From: Thermodesulfobacteriota bacterium
GTDB lineage: Bacteria > Desulfobacterota > Desulfobacteria > Desulfobacterales > SURF-7
Assembly: GCA_049320885.1 (NCBI GenBank)
Contig: JBMORA010000012.1
Coordinates: 88,445-152,444, forward strand
DNA length: 64,000 nt
Reading direction: 5' to 3'
Below the pieces are notes generated by a model. It was not told the origin of the DNA. It did no database searches and saw nothing but the letters and a program-made list of their open reading frames with translations. Positions 48,327 through 57,389 of the stretch are shown in pieces (within the stretch, counting starts at the first letter, position 1; every line of letters starts with the position of its first letter). The position numbers were made by a program, and so were the translations under genes.

Positions 48327-50465
48327 ATGGATGAGGAAGTATATGATCGCCACACGTCGTTGAAGTTGGGTGAACTCCTGCTGAAGGAAGGTTTCATCAA
48401 GAAAAAGGATGTGCGGGAGGCCCTCCGGATTCAACAGGAGGAAGCCGAGGAGGCCAGGCTCACCGAGGAAGCCTACATGATCCGGAAAAGGTTCATCGGC
48501 GAACAACAGCTGATCGACCTGAACGACCATCCGGAGCGCGGCAACATGCCCATCAGCCGTCTGGCGTACACGCTGAACCTCATCAGCAAGAAGCAATTGG
48601 ACGAAATCAACAGCCGGGAACGTTCCCAGAGAAGCATGGGGGAAATCCTGTGCGCCATGGGCCGGATCACCACCCACGACCTGAACTATATTCTTCAAAA
48701 ATACAGTAAGCAGTTGAAATTCGGTGAAATATTATTGAGGCACGACCTCATCGACGAAACCAAGCTCAACCTGGTGTTGCGGGAGCAGCACCAACAGCCG
48801 GATCCGTTGGGGAAAATTCTGGTGCAGAAAAACCTCATCACCGTGGAGCAGCTGTATCAGACCCTGTCCAAACAGTACAATATCCCTTTCCGGAAACTGG
48901 AAGGGTTCGTCATTTATGACAATCAGATCGATAAACTGACGGATATCATCAGCTGTAAATACGCCAAACGGAACCAGGTCCTGCCCTTGTCACTGCATGG
49001 CGACACATTGACCATCGCCGTGTTCGATCATGTGCGGATTCCCATTCTGCATGAACTGGGCAGGGTCTACACCCATCTGAAAATCAAATGCGTTTTCATC
49101 ACCGAAGAGAAATTCGAGGAATTGTTCGAGCATTTATACGGCAAGGCCATCAACCGCTCCCTCAAGGAGGAAGACAGGCGGAAACAGGCCAGCGTGCTGG
49201 ACACCATCGATATCGATCTGGATATCAAGTCCGGTGACCTCTATGGACTCAGCTCGCTGGAAGCCGAGGATGTGGTCAATTTCATCATCAAATACGGCAT
49301 CATTCATCGCGCCAGTGACATTCATATCGAGCAGAACCGCCACCGGCCCCATATCCGGTATCGCATCGACGGGGTGTTGCGCTCCCTGAAACTGCCCTGG
49401 CTGGACGACCGCCTGCAGGACAATATCGGCGCCGTGGTCTCCAGGATCAAAGTCATTGCCAATCTGGACATAGCGGAAAGGCGGCTGCCCCAGGACGGCG
49501 TTTTCCGGATCAATTATTTCGACCGGGAGAAGAAGCAGGCCTTTGATCTGGATTTCCGGGTGGCCATTTGCCCGGCCATCATCGGCGAGAATGTCACCAT
49601 GCGGATTCTGGATTCCCGCAAGGCGGATGTCGGGCTTGCCAATCTGCAGCATTCGGCTGAGGTGCTGGAACCGTTCAAGGCGCTTTTGAAAAGCTCCGCG
49701 GGCGTTGTGCTGGTATCCGGACCCACCGGAAGCGGCAAGACGTCGACGCTATACGGCGCCTTGAAACACATCAGCTGCACGGGCATTAAAATCGTCACCG
49801 CCGAGGAGCCCATCGAATACAGCTTCCCGGATATCATGCAGACCCAGATCAACCCGAAGATCGGTCTGACCTATGCCAAAATCCTGAGGTCTTTTTTGCG
49901 GTTCGATCCGGATGTGATCATGCTGGGAGAGATGCGGGACAAGGAGACCGCCGATATCGGTTTCGATGCGGCGCTGACCGGTCATCTGCTGCTCAGCGCG
50001 ATCCATACCAATGACGCTGCCGGCGTTATTTCCCGGTTGCTGGAGCTGGAAATCGACAGAAGCCGGATCGCCGCCAGCCTGAAGGGAGCCCTGGCCCAGC
50101 GTCTGGTGAGGCGGACTTGTCCCAATTGCCGGCGCCAGGTCAACCCGCCGAAGGAAGAATGGTCCATTCTGTTTAAGCACTATCCGGAGCAACTTGTCTT
50201 TCAAGAGGGGGACGGCTGTGCGGAATGTAATTTTTCAGGCTATAAGGGCCGGACGGTGATTTCCGAACTGTTCGTCATGAACAGGGAGATATCCATGGCC
50301 CTGAATCTGGATGCGGAGGTGGGGGAAATCCGGCAGATGGCCCGGCAATACGGCATGCGCACCATGGTGGACGACGGGATAACAAAATTGGATCAGACAA
50401 CCCTTTCGGAAATCATCCGGGTTGTTCCCCATGAACTGATGAGAGAGTTCCGGGACCGGAAATGA
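48327..50465 (+). CDS. GspE/PilB family ATPase with extended MshEN-like N-terminus
   Basis: ASDIHIE, LDIAERRLPQDG, Walker A GPTGSGKTS, DPDVIMLGEMRD, CxxC..CxxC; N-terminal LGE(L/I)L repeats. Confidence 0.9.
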   Translation: MDEEVYDRHTSLKLGELLLKEGFIKKKDVREALRIQQEEAEEARLTEEAYMIRKRFIGEQQLIDLNDHPERGNMPISRLAYTLNLISKKQLDEINSRERSQRSMGEILCAMGRITTHDLNYILQKYSKQLKFGEILLRHDLIDETKLNLVLREQHQQPDPLGKILVQKNLITVEQLYQTLSKQYNIPFRKLEGFVIYDNQIDKLTDIISCKYAKRNQVLPLSLHGDTLTIAVFDHVRIPILHELGRVYTHLKIKCVFITEEKFEELFEHLYGKAINRSLKEEDRRKQASVLDTIDIDLDIKSGDLYGLSSLEAEDVVNFIIKYGIIHRASDIHIEQNRHRPHIRYRIDGVLRSLKLPWLDDRLQDNIGAVVSRIKVIANLDIAERRLPQDGVFRINYFDREKKQAFDLDFRVAICPAIIGENVTMRILDSRKADVGLANLQHSAEVLEPFKALLKSSAGVVLVSGPTGSGKTSTLYGALKHISCTGIKIVTAEEPIEYSFPDIMQTQINPKIGLTYAKILRSFLRFDPDVIMLGEMRDKETADIGFDAALTGHLLLSAIHTNDAAGVISRLLELEIDRSRIAASLKGALAQRLVRRTCPNCRRQVNPPKEEWSILFKHYPEQLVFQEGDGCAECNFSGYKGRTVISELFVMNREISMALNLDAEVGEIRQMARQYGMRTMVDDGITKLDQTTLSEIIRVVPHELMREFRDRK

Positions 50466-52363
50466 TGCCAGCAGCTAAAGACCCAATTTCGTCAACGGAA
50501 AAATTACTGGGAGTGATCCGCAACACCCCTGCGTCGGTAACGACCGGTTTGCAGGCGGAGTCCCGTCAAGAGCCATGGTTTCACTTACGGAAAAAAGCGT
50601 TTCCGTTTGTCAAATCCGTGACCGTGGGCGTGGTTGTCGGTCATAGGGATGTGACCCTGGCCATGGTCAGCAGGGTGGGGGACCGCCGATATCAACTGAT
50701 GGATTTCAGGAAGGTCGCCCTGAAGGCCGGCATCCATAAAAGCCATGCCCAATTCCCGGTTTTTTTAAAACAAACCCTGAAGCAGTTCTGCGGCGCCGGC
50801 GATAATGTCCACATATGGAGCACCATCCCTTCCGCCCGGGTTGAAATTCGATTTGTGAAAATTCCCAAGGTTCCGGACGGACAGGTCGCCAATGCCGTTT
50901 ACTGGTCGTACAAAAAAATGGTGGCGTTTGATGAAAAGGAGATGATTTTCGATTTCGAAATCCTGGGGGAAGTCCAGGAAAACGGGGGCAGAAAGATCCA
51001 GGCCATGGCCTATTCCGCTCCGAGGGCCGAGGTCGAATCCTGGAAAAAATTGTTTGCCGAAATCGGCTTTCCGCTTTCCGGTCTGTCCATTGTTCCGTTT
51101 TCGCTGCAAAACCTCTTCCGGACGAATATCATCGACCAGGCAGGCGAGCATGTCTGTTCCCTGTATATCGGTCAGGACTGGTCGCGCATCGACATTTTTT
51201 CCGCCGGCCGTCTGGTATTGTCACGGGATATCAAGACCGGGATGAACAGTTTCATCGAGTCCATCCGCACCGGATTGATAACGGACAAAAGGGCGGGAAC
51301 GGCGGAAGCGGAAAAACAGACGGGGGAACCGGACAGGGAACCGGAGGAAACGGAAGATCGCCGGCAACCGGAGCCAGGGGCGGAATCCGGGGGACGCGAG
51401 GAGGCCCGGAGATTATTTTACCGGCTGATCCGGCCGGAAGCCGACGGAAGCCGGCCCGAAAGGCCGGATGCATGTACCGAGGAGGAAATCATGGACATGA
51501 TTTCCCCGGTTCTGGATCGACTGGTGAGACAGGTGGAAAGGACCCTCGGCCATTTTACGCTGCATTTCGCCAACAAAACCGTGGAACGGTTTTATCTCGG
51601 AGGGGAAATCAGCGGCTTTGCCCGGCTGGTGGAACTGATGGGCGATCAGTTGAGCCTTCCCATCCGACACCTCAATCCGTTCCCGGAATCCCTGCTGAGC
51701 GGGAGTCTGTCGGCTGTCCCCGGAACCATTCCGGAAAAAGACTCCTTTGTTCCGGCCATCGGAACAGCCCTTTCCAATCTCAACTTGACCCCGAATCTCA
51801 TGTATACCTACCGATACAAGGCCATTCAAGCGAGAATCCAGCGGACGAATCGCTTCATTTTCGCTGCTTTTTGTTTGTTGACCTGCATTTGTCTGGGAGT
51901 GTTCTACCTTCAGGAACGGCTCGCGGACCAGAAGAGGGCCGAGTTGAATCTCCTGGAAAAGCAAATCGCCCGTTTCAGCCCCATTGTCGACGAACAGCTG
52001 CTCCAAAAGATGGTGGCCCGGGTGGAAGCGAACCAGAGGATGGTGCTGTCGAACGCCGGACGGTATTTAGGCGTATCCCTGCTGAACGAACTGGCGGAGT
52101 TGACTCCGGAACATATCCGTCTGATCCAGGTGCGGCTGGAGCTAGGGGCCGGAATCGAAAAAGGCAGGAATCCATCGCGCTCCCTGATCATAGAGGGTAT
52201 CGTAACGGACCGTTTCGGCGAGAAGGAATCGGAACTGGCCGTGTATTTGACGAAACTGAACGGCTCGCCGCTGTTCGACCGTCCCACCGTGATGCAAAAA
52301 TCCATGAAACGATACCAGGACGCCGATGTGCTGCGTTTCACGGTAAAACTGGAAACCATTTGA
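50462..52363 (+). CDS. PilM-PilN fusion (MshI/GspL-like alignment protein)
   Basis: Actin-like PilM region (LYIG, FYLGG, AIGTAL), then PNL motif, TM, coiled coil and LLNELAELTPEHIRL PilN domain. Confidence 0.75.
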   Translation: MMPAAKDPISSTEKLLGVIRNTPASVTTGLQAESRQEPWFHLRKKAFPFVKSVTVGVVVGHRDVTLAMVSRVGDRRYQLMDFRKVALKAGIHKSHAQFPVFLKQTLKQFCGAGDNVHIWSTIPSARVEIRFVKIPKVPDGQVANAVYWSYKKMVAFDEKEMIFDFEILGEVQENGGRKIQAMAYSAPRAEVESWKKLFAEIGFPLSGLSIVPFSLQNLFRTNIIDQAGEHVCSLYIGQDWSRIDIFSAGRLVLSRDIKTGMNSFIESIRTGLITDKRAGTAEAEKQTGEPDREPEETEDRRQPEPGAESGGREEARRLFYRLIRPEADGSRPERPDACTEEEIMDMISPVLDRLVRQVERTLGHFTLHFANKTVERFYLGGEISGFARLVELMGDQLSLPIRHLNPFPESLLSGSLSAVPGTIPEKDSFVPAIGTALSNLNLTPNLMYTYRYKAIQARIQRTNRFIFAAFCLLTCICLGVFYLQERLADQKRAELNLLEKQIARFSPIVDEQLLQKMVARVEANQRMVLSNAGRYLGVSLLNELAELTPEHIRLIQVRLELGAGIEKGRNPSRSLIIEGIVTDRFGEKESELAVYLTKLNGSPLFDRPTVMQKSMKRYQDADVLRFTVKLETI

Positions 52364-52914
52364 TGGCTTCGAAACCGATAACCAATCGCATTCCGCGTCT
52401 TCCCAGACGCAGCGTTTACTATCTGGCTTTTTGTTTCGCCGGTATCATGTGTTTTTTACTGGCCGGCCTGCTGCCCAATCAGCGCCAGCTGGAGGAACTT
52501 GACGCGGAGATCGGCCGTCTGAACCAGGCCATCGAGAGGCAGACCAGGCTCTATCCGGTTTTCCAGAAGGCGCTCCAGGCCATGCAGCAGAAAGAGCAGC
52601 GGCTGCTCCCCTTTCCGGAAAAACAGGGCTACCCTGTTTCACGGCTTGGAGAAATGCCCGCTCTTTTTCAGCGCATTGCCATGGAGAGCGGTCTGGCCTA
52701 TCAGGAAGCGGTTCCGGATGTCAGCAGTTTGAAAAAAGACACCGATCGTCTTCGGCTTCATATCGTGGTAAAAGGTGATTTCATCCGTTTTCATGATTTC
52801 TTGCGGCGACTTGGGACTCTTTCTTATCTGGAGCAAATCGAAAGCATCCTCATTACGGCGGAAGGGGACAGGAAGGAATACGGGTTGCAGGCATGGGTTT
52901 GGATTCAACCATGA
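52363..52914 (+). CDS. PilO/MshJ-like protein
   Basis: TGATG-coupled start; TM + coiled coil + VKGDFIRFHDFLRRL. Confidence 0.75.
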   Translation: MASKPITNRIPRLPRRSVYYLAFCFAGIMCFLLAGLLPNQRQLEELDAEIGRLNQAIERQTRLYPVFQKALQAMQQKEQRLLPFPEKQGYPVSRLGEMPALFQRIAMESGLAYQEAVPDVSSLKKDTDRLRLHIVVKGDFIRFHDFLRRLGTLSYLEQIESILITAEGDRKEYGLQAWVWIQP

Positions 52915-52930
52915 GCGGCGGGGGAGCCAG

Positions 52931-53416
52931 ATGAGCACGCGGGAAAAGGTGATTGTTTTCTGCATGATGGGAGTCGTCATCTACGGTGCCGTTCAGTTTT
53001 TCGGTTCATCCACCCGGTCCCCGGGGCTGGATGCGCAAGGGGAAGTCCCGGGGCTGGATGCGTTTATCGTCACCATGGCCGGGATATTGAACAAACAGAA
53101 TCCGTTTGAAGCGGATTATGTTCTGGAAAAGGCCGTGAAACCGTTTGCCAAGGATCCTTTTGTCACGGTCAACGCCCTGCCGGACAAGAACGCCGGACCG
53201 GAGAAAACAGCGCCGTCGGATTATCCGATGGTTTATACCGGCTATGTGAGGGTGGGAGACACCATGGTGGCCGTCATTAACGGGACGGAATACGAGACCG
53301 GCGACATGATCGAGCCGGGCGGATACCGGGTGACCCGCATTTCCCCCGAACAGGTCGAATTGCAGGCGAAAACAGGCGAGAAGAAAAGTGTGCAGCTGCC
53401 GAACGAGAACCCTTGA
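52931..53416 (+). CDS. PilP/MshK-like pilus assembly protein
   Basis: GGGGAG RBS; N-terminal TM; KDPF; YTGYV...AVING...GD...VTRISPEQVEL; lies between PilO-like gene and secretin. Confidence 0.6.
   Translation: MSTREKVIVFCMMGVVIYGAVQFFGSSTRSPGLDAQGEVPGLDAFIVTMAGILNKQNPFEADYVLEKAVKPFAKDPFVTVNALPDKNAGPEKTAPSDYPMVYTGYVRVGDTMVAVINGTEYETGDMIEPGGYRVTRISPEQVELQAKTGEKKSVQLPNENP
53019..53062 (+). repeat. Short in-frame direct repeat
   Basis: CCCGGGGCTGGATGCG at 53020 and 53047 (27 bp apart), encoding PGLDA twice. Confidence 0.6.
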
Positions 53417-53464
53417 AACTGAAAGGGCCCCGGGGCGGCGTTTGGCCGTCTACGGAATGAGCGT

Positions 53465-55657
53465 ATGAACAGAAACCGGAATCAAAGCCATTTTACGGAT
53501 CTCCTTGCCGCGGTCGCCATAACCGGCCTTCTGCTGGCCGGATGCAAGGATCATTATCGGACAAAACCGGACCCCGCTTTCGAAAAATGGCGCATTAAAG
53601 CGGAAACCGCCGTCGGCCATTCGCCGGCGGACACAACGCCCCTCATGGCCCCCGGGCACCGGAAAGAGCCGCCGGCGGTAAAACCGGAACCCGCGGCGCC
53701 GACCCGGGAGGAACGCGGGCTGCCCACGCGGAAAATCAGCATGAACCTTTCGGATACCAGGGTGACGACGGTGCTGCGGGCCTTGGCCCGCGCCGTCGAT
53801 TTGAATATTCTGGTCAACGAAAAGGCCGCCGGTAAAACCAGCATCCATGTCAAGGATGCCCGCTGGGACGAGTTGTTTGTCGGTATTCTGCGTTCCAACG
53901 GCCTGACATATGCCTGGGAAGGGGATCTGATCCGGGTGATGACCCTGGAAGACATGGATCGGGAGCTGAAGGGCGCGGCCCAAAACCGGGACATGCAGCT
54001 GGCCAGACCGCTGCTGACCAGGATCGTTTCCATTCATTACGCCGATGAACAAAAGCTGAAAGCCAGCCTTGAAAAATTTCTGTCCACCGGCAAGGAGGGG
54101 AAAAGCGTCGGATCGATCATGGTGGATGAACACAGCCGGTCCCTGATCATCCAGGCCATCGAGGAAGATATGGCCCAGTTGATTTCCCTGATCGATGAGC
54201 TGGACAACCCCACCCCCCAGGTTCTGATCGAGGCGAATATCGTGGAGGCGGAAAGGGAAGTCGCCAGGGAACTCGGGGTCCAATGGGGCGGATTGGCCGT
54301 CAACAAGGGTACGGTCAACCATTTCCTGACCGCCGGCTCCAGAAGCAGCGGTGTTGTGGGAGGAACCCTCGACAAAGCCATTAATCCCACCTCGGGCATG
54401 ATCGCCAATTTCCCCGCCACTATGAGCGACGGGACCGGTTTGGCCATCGGGTATGTGGCTGAAAATGTGGGGGGTAATATTTTGATGGTGCAATTATCGG
54501 CCCTGCAACAAGAGGGCAAGCTGAATATCTTGTCCAGTCCTTCCATCACCAGCATGAACAATCAGACCGCCGTCATTGAAGCCGGCACCAATGTGCCCTT
54601 TCAGACCGTTTCGAAGGAAGGCAATATCAATATCGAATGGAAGGAAGCGGTTCTGAAATTGGAAGTCAAACCCAACGTCATCGATCCGGAAACCGTCAAA
54701 CTGCTGATCAAGACCAACAAGGACGAACTCAATTTTGCCAACAGCGTGGCCGGCAATCCCACCATCATCACCAAGAAGGCCGAAACCAGTGTGGTGTTGA
54801 TGGATGGGCAGACCACCGTCATCGGCGGCCTGAACAAGGAGACCCGGCAGAACACGGATACGGGGGTGCCCTGGTTCCAACAGATACCCCTGCTGGGGTA
54901 TCTCTTCAAGAGCAACAGCAAGTCCGATAAAATGGAGGATATTCTCATTTTCATCACCCCCCACATTCTGAAACCAAGACCGGTGGCGGCCGCGGCGCCT
55001 CCGGTGCCCGCGTCCGGGGAAAGCCTCCGGCCGGCGGATGATTCCGGAAACGGCTCTCCGGATGTGACGGCGGAAAGACCGCCGGTGGTCCCGGATCCAG
55101 GCGATCCGCCGTCCTTGCCGTCACCGATCCCATCCAATGCGAATTCGGCAAACGCCGCCGCGGGTCCGCCCGTGGTGATCGGCCAGGCAGCGGCCGGGGA
55201 GGGGGAAACCCTGTGGGACCTCATCCGGATGATATACGGAACTTTCCATCCGTCCCATCTCCAGGCGATTCTGGATATCAACCCGCACATCCGGTCACCG
55301 GAAAGCCTTCGTGTCGGTCAGCTCGTCTATTTTCCGGCCCGGCCCATGGCGGCGCGGCCGGATGGACCCCGTTCCTGCTGGATTAGGATCGATGGGAAAA
55401 AAACGCTGCCGGAGGCCTTGCAATATCTGCGCTTTTACCCGGCGGACAACCCGCCGGTTCGTATGCTGCCTTACTGGAGCCCGTCAACGGGCCTGGGGTT
55501 CGACATCCTGATGGAAGAATATTTTCCAGATCCCGATGCGGCCGGGGATGTTCTGAAAACCCTGCCGCCATCCCTGGCGGAACGGGCGAAAATCATCACC
55601 GGATGGGAAGACGGCACGATTTTTTTTGCCGATCCGTATCTGGTGATAAAGCGATAA
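53465..55657 (+). CDS. pilQ: Type IV pilus secretin (PilQ/MshL-like lipoprotein) with C-terminal LysM-like extension
   Basis: Lipobox LAGC; LDNPTPQVLIEANIVE, LSSPSI, DGQTTVIGGL, VPWFQQIPLLGYLF, LIFITPHI; Pro-rich linker plus extra domain. Confidence 0.88.
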   Translation: MNRNRNQSHFTDLLAAVAITGLLLAGCKDHYRTKPDPAFEKWRIKAETAVGHSPADTTPLMAPGHRKEPPAVKPEPAAPTREERGLPTRKISMNLSDTRVTTVLRALARAVDLNILVNEKAAGKTSIHVKDARWDELFVGILRSNGLTYAWEGDLIRVMTLEDMDRELKGAAQNRDMQLARPLLTRIVSIHYADEQKLKASLEKFLSTGKEGKSVGSIMVDEHSRSLIIQAIEEDMAQLISLIDELDNPTPQVLIEANIVEAEREVARELGVQWGGLAVNKGTVNHFLTAGSRSSGVVGGTLDKAINPTSGMIANFPATMSDGTGLAIGYVAENVGGNILMVQLSALQQEGKLNILSSPSITSMNNQTAVIEAGTNVPFQTVSKEGNINIEWKEAVLKLEVKPNVIDPETVKLLIKTNKDELNFANSVAGNPTIITKKAETSVVLMDGQTTVIGGLNKETRQNTDTGVPWFQQIPLLGYLFKSNSKSDKMEDILIFITPHILKPRPVAAAAPPVPASGESLRPADDSGNGSPDVTAERPPVVPDPGDPPSLPSPIPSNANSANAAAGPPVVIGQAAAGEGETLWDLIRMIYGTFHPSHLQAILDINPHIRSPESLRVGQLVYFPARPMAARPDGPRSCWIRIDGKKTLPEALQYLRFYPADNPPVRMLPYWSPSTGLGFDILMEEYFPDPDAAGDVLKTLPPSLAERAKIITGWEDGTIFFADPYLVIKR

Positions 55658-55685
55658 CCATTTTCAGTCGTGCCTCAAGGATGCC

Positions 55686-57326
55686 ATGGAGTATTTTGAA
55701 ATACTCAATTTGAAACGGGAACCGTTTTCCAATTCCCCTGATCCGGATTTTTTCTTTCATTCGCGGCAGCATGTGGACTGCCTGCAGAAGCTGGAGATCG
55801 CCGTGCGGCTGCGGCGGGGATTGAATATAGTGGTGGGCCCGGTGGGAACCGGCAAGACCACCCTTTGCCGGCAGTTAATCCGCCGTCTCGGGAATGATCC
55901 CGCCATCGAAACCCATCTGATGCTGGATCCGCGCTATCCCGATGCGACCATGTTTTTACGGTCTGTTGCGGAAATGTTCGGGGATCAGGGCTCCGATCTT
56001 CCGGACCTTGGCGAATCCGGCTGGAAGGAACGGATCAAACAGATTTTGTTCCGGAAAGGAGTAGATGAAGGAAAAATCCTGATCCTGATCATCGACGAGG
56101 GCCAGAAGATAACGGCCGCCTGCCTGGAAATACTGCGGGAGCTCCTGAATTTTGAAACCAACGATCGCAAACTGCTGCAGATCGTGCTTTTCGCCCAGCC
56201 GGAATTGGAAGCCTTGGCCCGGGACCATGCCAACGTCACGGATCGGATCAATTTGTACCACCGGTTGGGACCGTTGTCGTTTCGCGATACCTGCCGGTTG
56301 ATCCGTTTCCGACTGGAACAAGCCGTGGAAGGGGACCAGGCCCCCCGGCTGTTCACGGTCCCCGGCATGTGGGCCGTTCATCGATTCACCTTCGGCTATC
56401 CCCGGAAAATTATCAACCTGTGCCACAACTGCGTGCTGGCAATGATCATTCAGAACCGCTCCAAAGCGGGATACCGGCTGGTGCGGTCGTGCAGCGGGCG
56501 GTTGTTTCCGGAAAAGCCGCCACCCTCCCGTGCGATGAAGGTGGCGACCGCTGGAGGATTGTTGATCCTCGCGGCCCTGGTTGCGGCGGATCAGTACGGA
56601 GGAGCCGGGTTCTTCGGCAGCACCGGGGGGATCATGGCCGCCGTCCAGCACTCCTCTCCCCCTGCCGGCCCTCCGGCCCCTGCCAATGCGGGACCGGGCA
56701 ATGGCCTGCCCGCTGATGCGGTCCGGAAGGCTGGAAATCGGTCCGCAGCCATCTTGGGAGCCGAAGAACCGCGGACCGATCCGCAACCTGAAGGTGGACC
56801 GGCGGGACCAAAACCGGATGCCGTTATCCGGAAACAACCAATGCCCCGTTTTCTTGGACACGCGGCGATCAACAAAGGCGAATCCCTTTCCCAGCTCATT
56901 CAGTTGGTCTATGGGGGGTTCAATGGCGTTTATCTGGAGGCGGTTCTGGCGGCCAATCCCTTCATCCGGCGGGTGGAGGCCATCGAGACCGGTAATCTGA
57001 TTCATTTCCCGGCTGTTTCCACCGATGTGGGAAGCACCGGCATGCGGTGCTGGTGGGCCGGGCTGGATGAGGGCGCCGATCTGGCGGATACATTGAAACA
57101 AGTGCGCGAATATCGAATTCAGGGCGTTCCCGCACGGCTGATTCCCAGCTATCATCCGGAAACCGGGCTGCGCTTTTCCATCATTTTACGCGGCTATTTT
57201 TTTGAGGAAACCGATTTCCAGAAAAGGCTGGCGGAACTTCCCCGCTCCGTTGCCGAAAAAGCCAGAAGGATTCGGTCATGGGGAGATGCGCAAACCGTAT
57301 TCTTTGCGAATCCGTATCTGATGTAG
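55686..57326 (+). CDS. ExeA/MshM-like AAA ATPase with TM and C-terminal LysM-like module
   Basis: EPFSNSPDP, GPVGTGKTT, IIDEGQ, LLQIVLFAQPEL, GYPRKIINLC. Confidence 0.88.
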   Translation: MEYFEILNLKREPFSNSPDPDFFFHSRQHVDCLQKLEIAVRLRRGLNIVVGPVGTGKTTLCRQLIRRLGNDPAIETHLMLDPRYPDATMFLRSVAEMFGDQGSDLPDLGESGWKERIKQILFRKGVDEGKILILIIDEGQKITAACLEILRELLNFETNDRKLLQIVLFAQPELEALARDHANVTDRINLYHRLGPLSFRDTCRLIRFRLEQAVEGDQAPRLFTVPGMWAVHRFTFGYPRKIINLCHNCVLAMIIQNRSKAGYRLVRSCSGRLFPEKPPPSRAMKVATAGGLLILAALVAADQYGGAGFFGSTGGIMAAVQHSSPPAGPPAPANAGPGNGLPADAVRKAGNRSAAILGAEEPRTDPQPEGGPAGPKPDAVIRKQPMPRFLGHAAINKGESLSQLIQLVYGGFNGVYLEAVLAANPFIRRVEAIETGNLIHFPAVSTDVGSTGMRCWWAGLDEGADLADTLKQVREYRIQGVPARLIPSYHPETGLRFSIILRGYFFEETDFQKRLAELPRSVAEKARRIRSWGDAQTVFFANPYLM

Positions 57327-57389
57327 TCAGACAGGAGGCGAGGAAAAAAACGGATCGGTTTCGGATCCATTTTAAAAGGCGCTGGCAAT

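Noticed and set aside
51472..52362. N-terminal part of the 480-aa ORF 51472-52914
   Set aside because: Overlaps the PilM-PilN gene out of frame; the real PilO-like gene starts at the coupled ATG 52363
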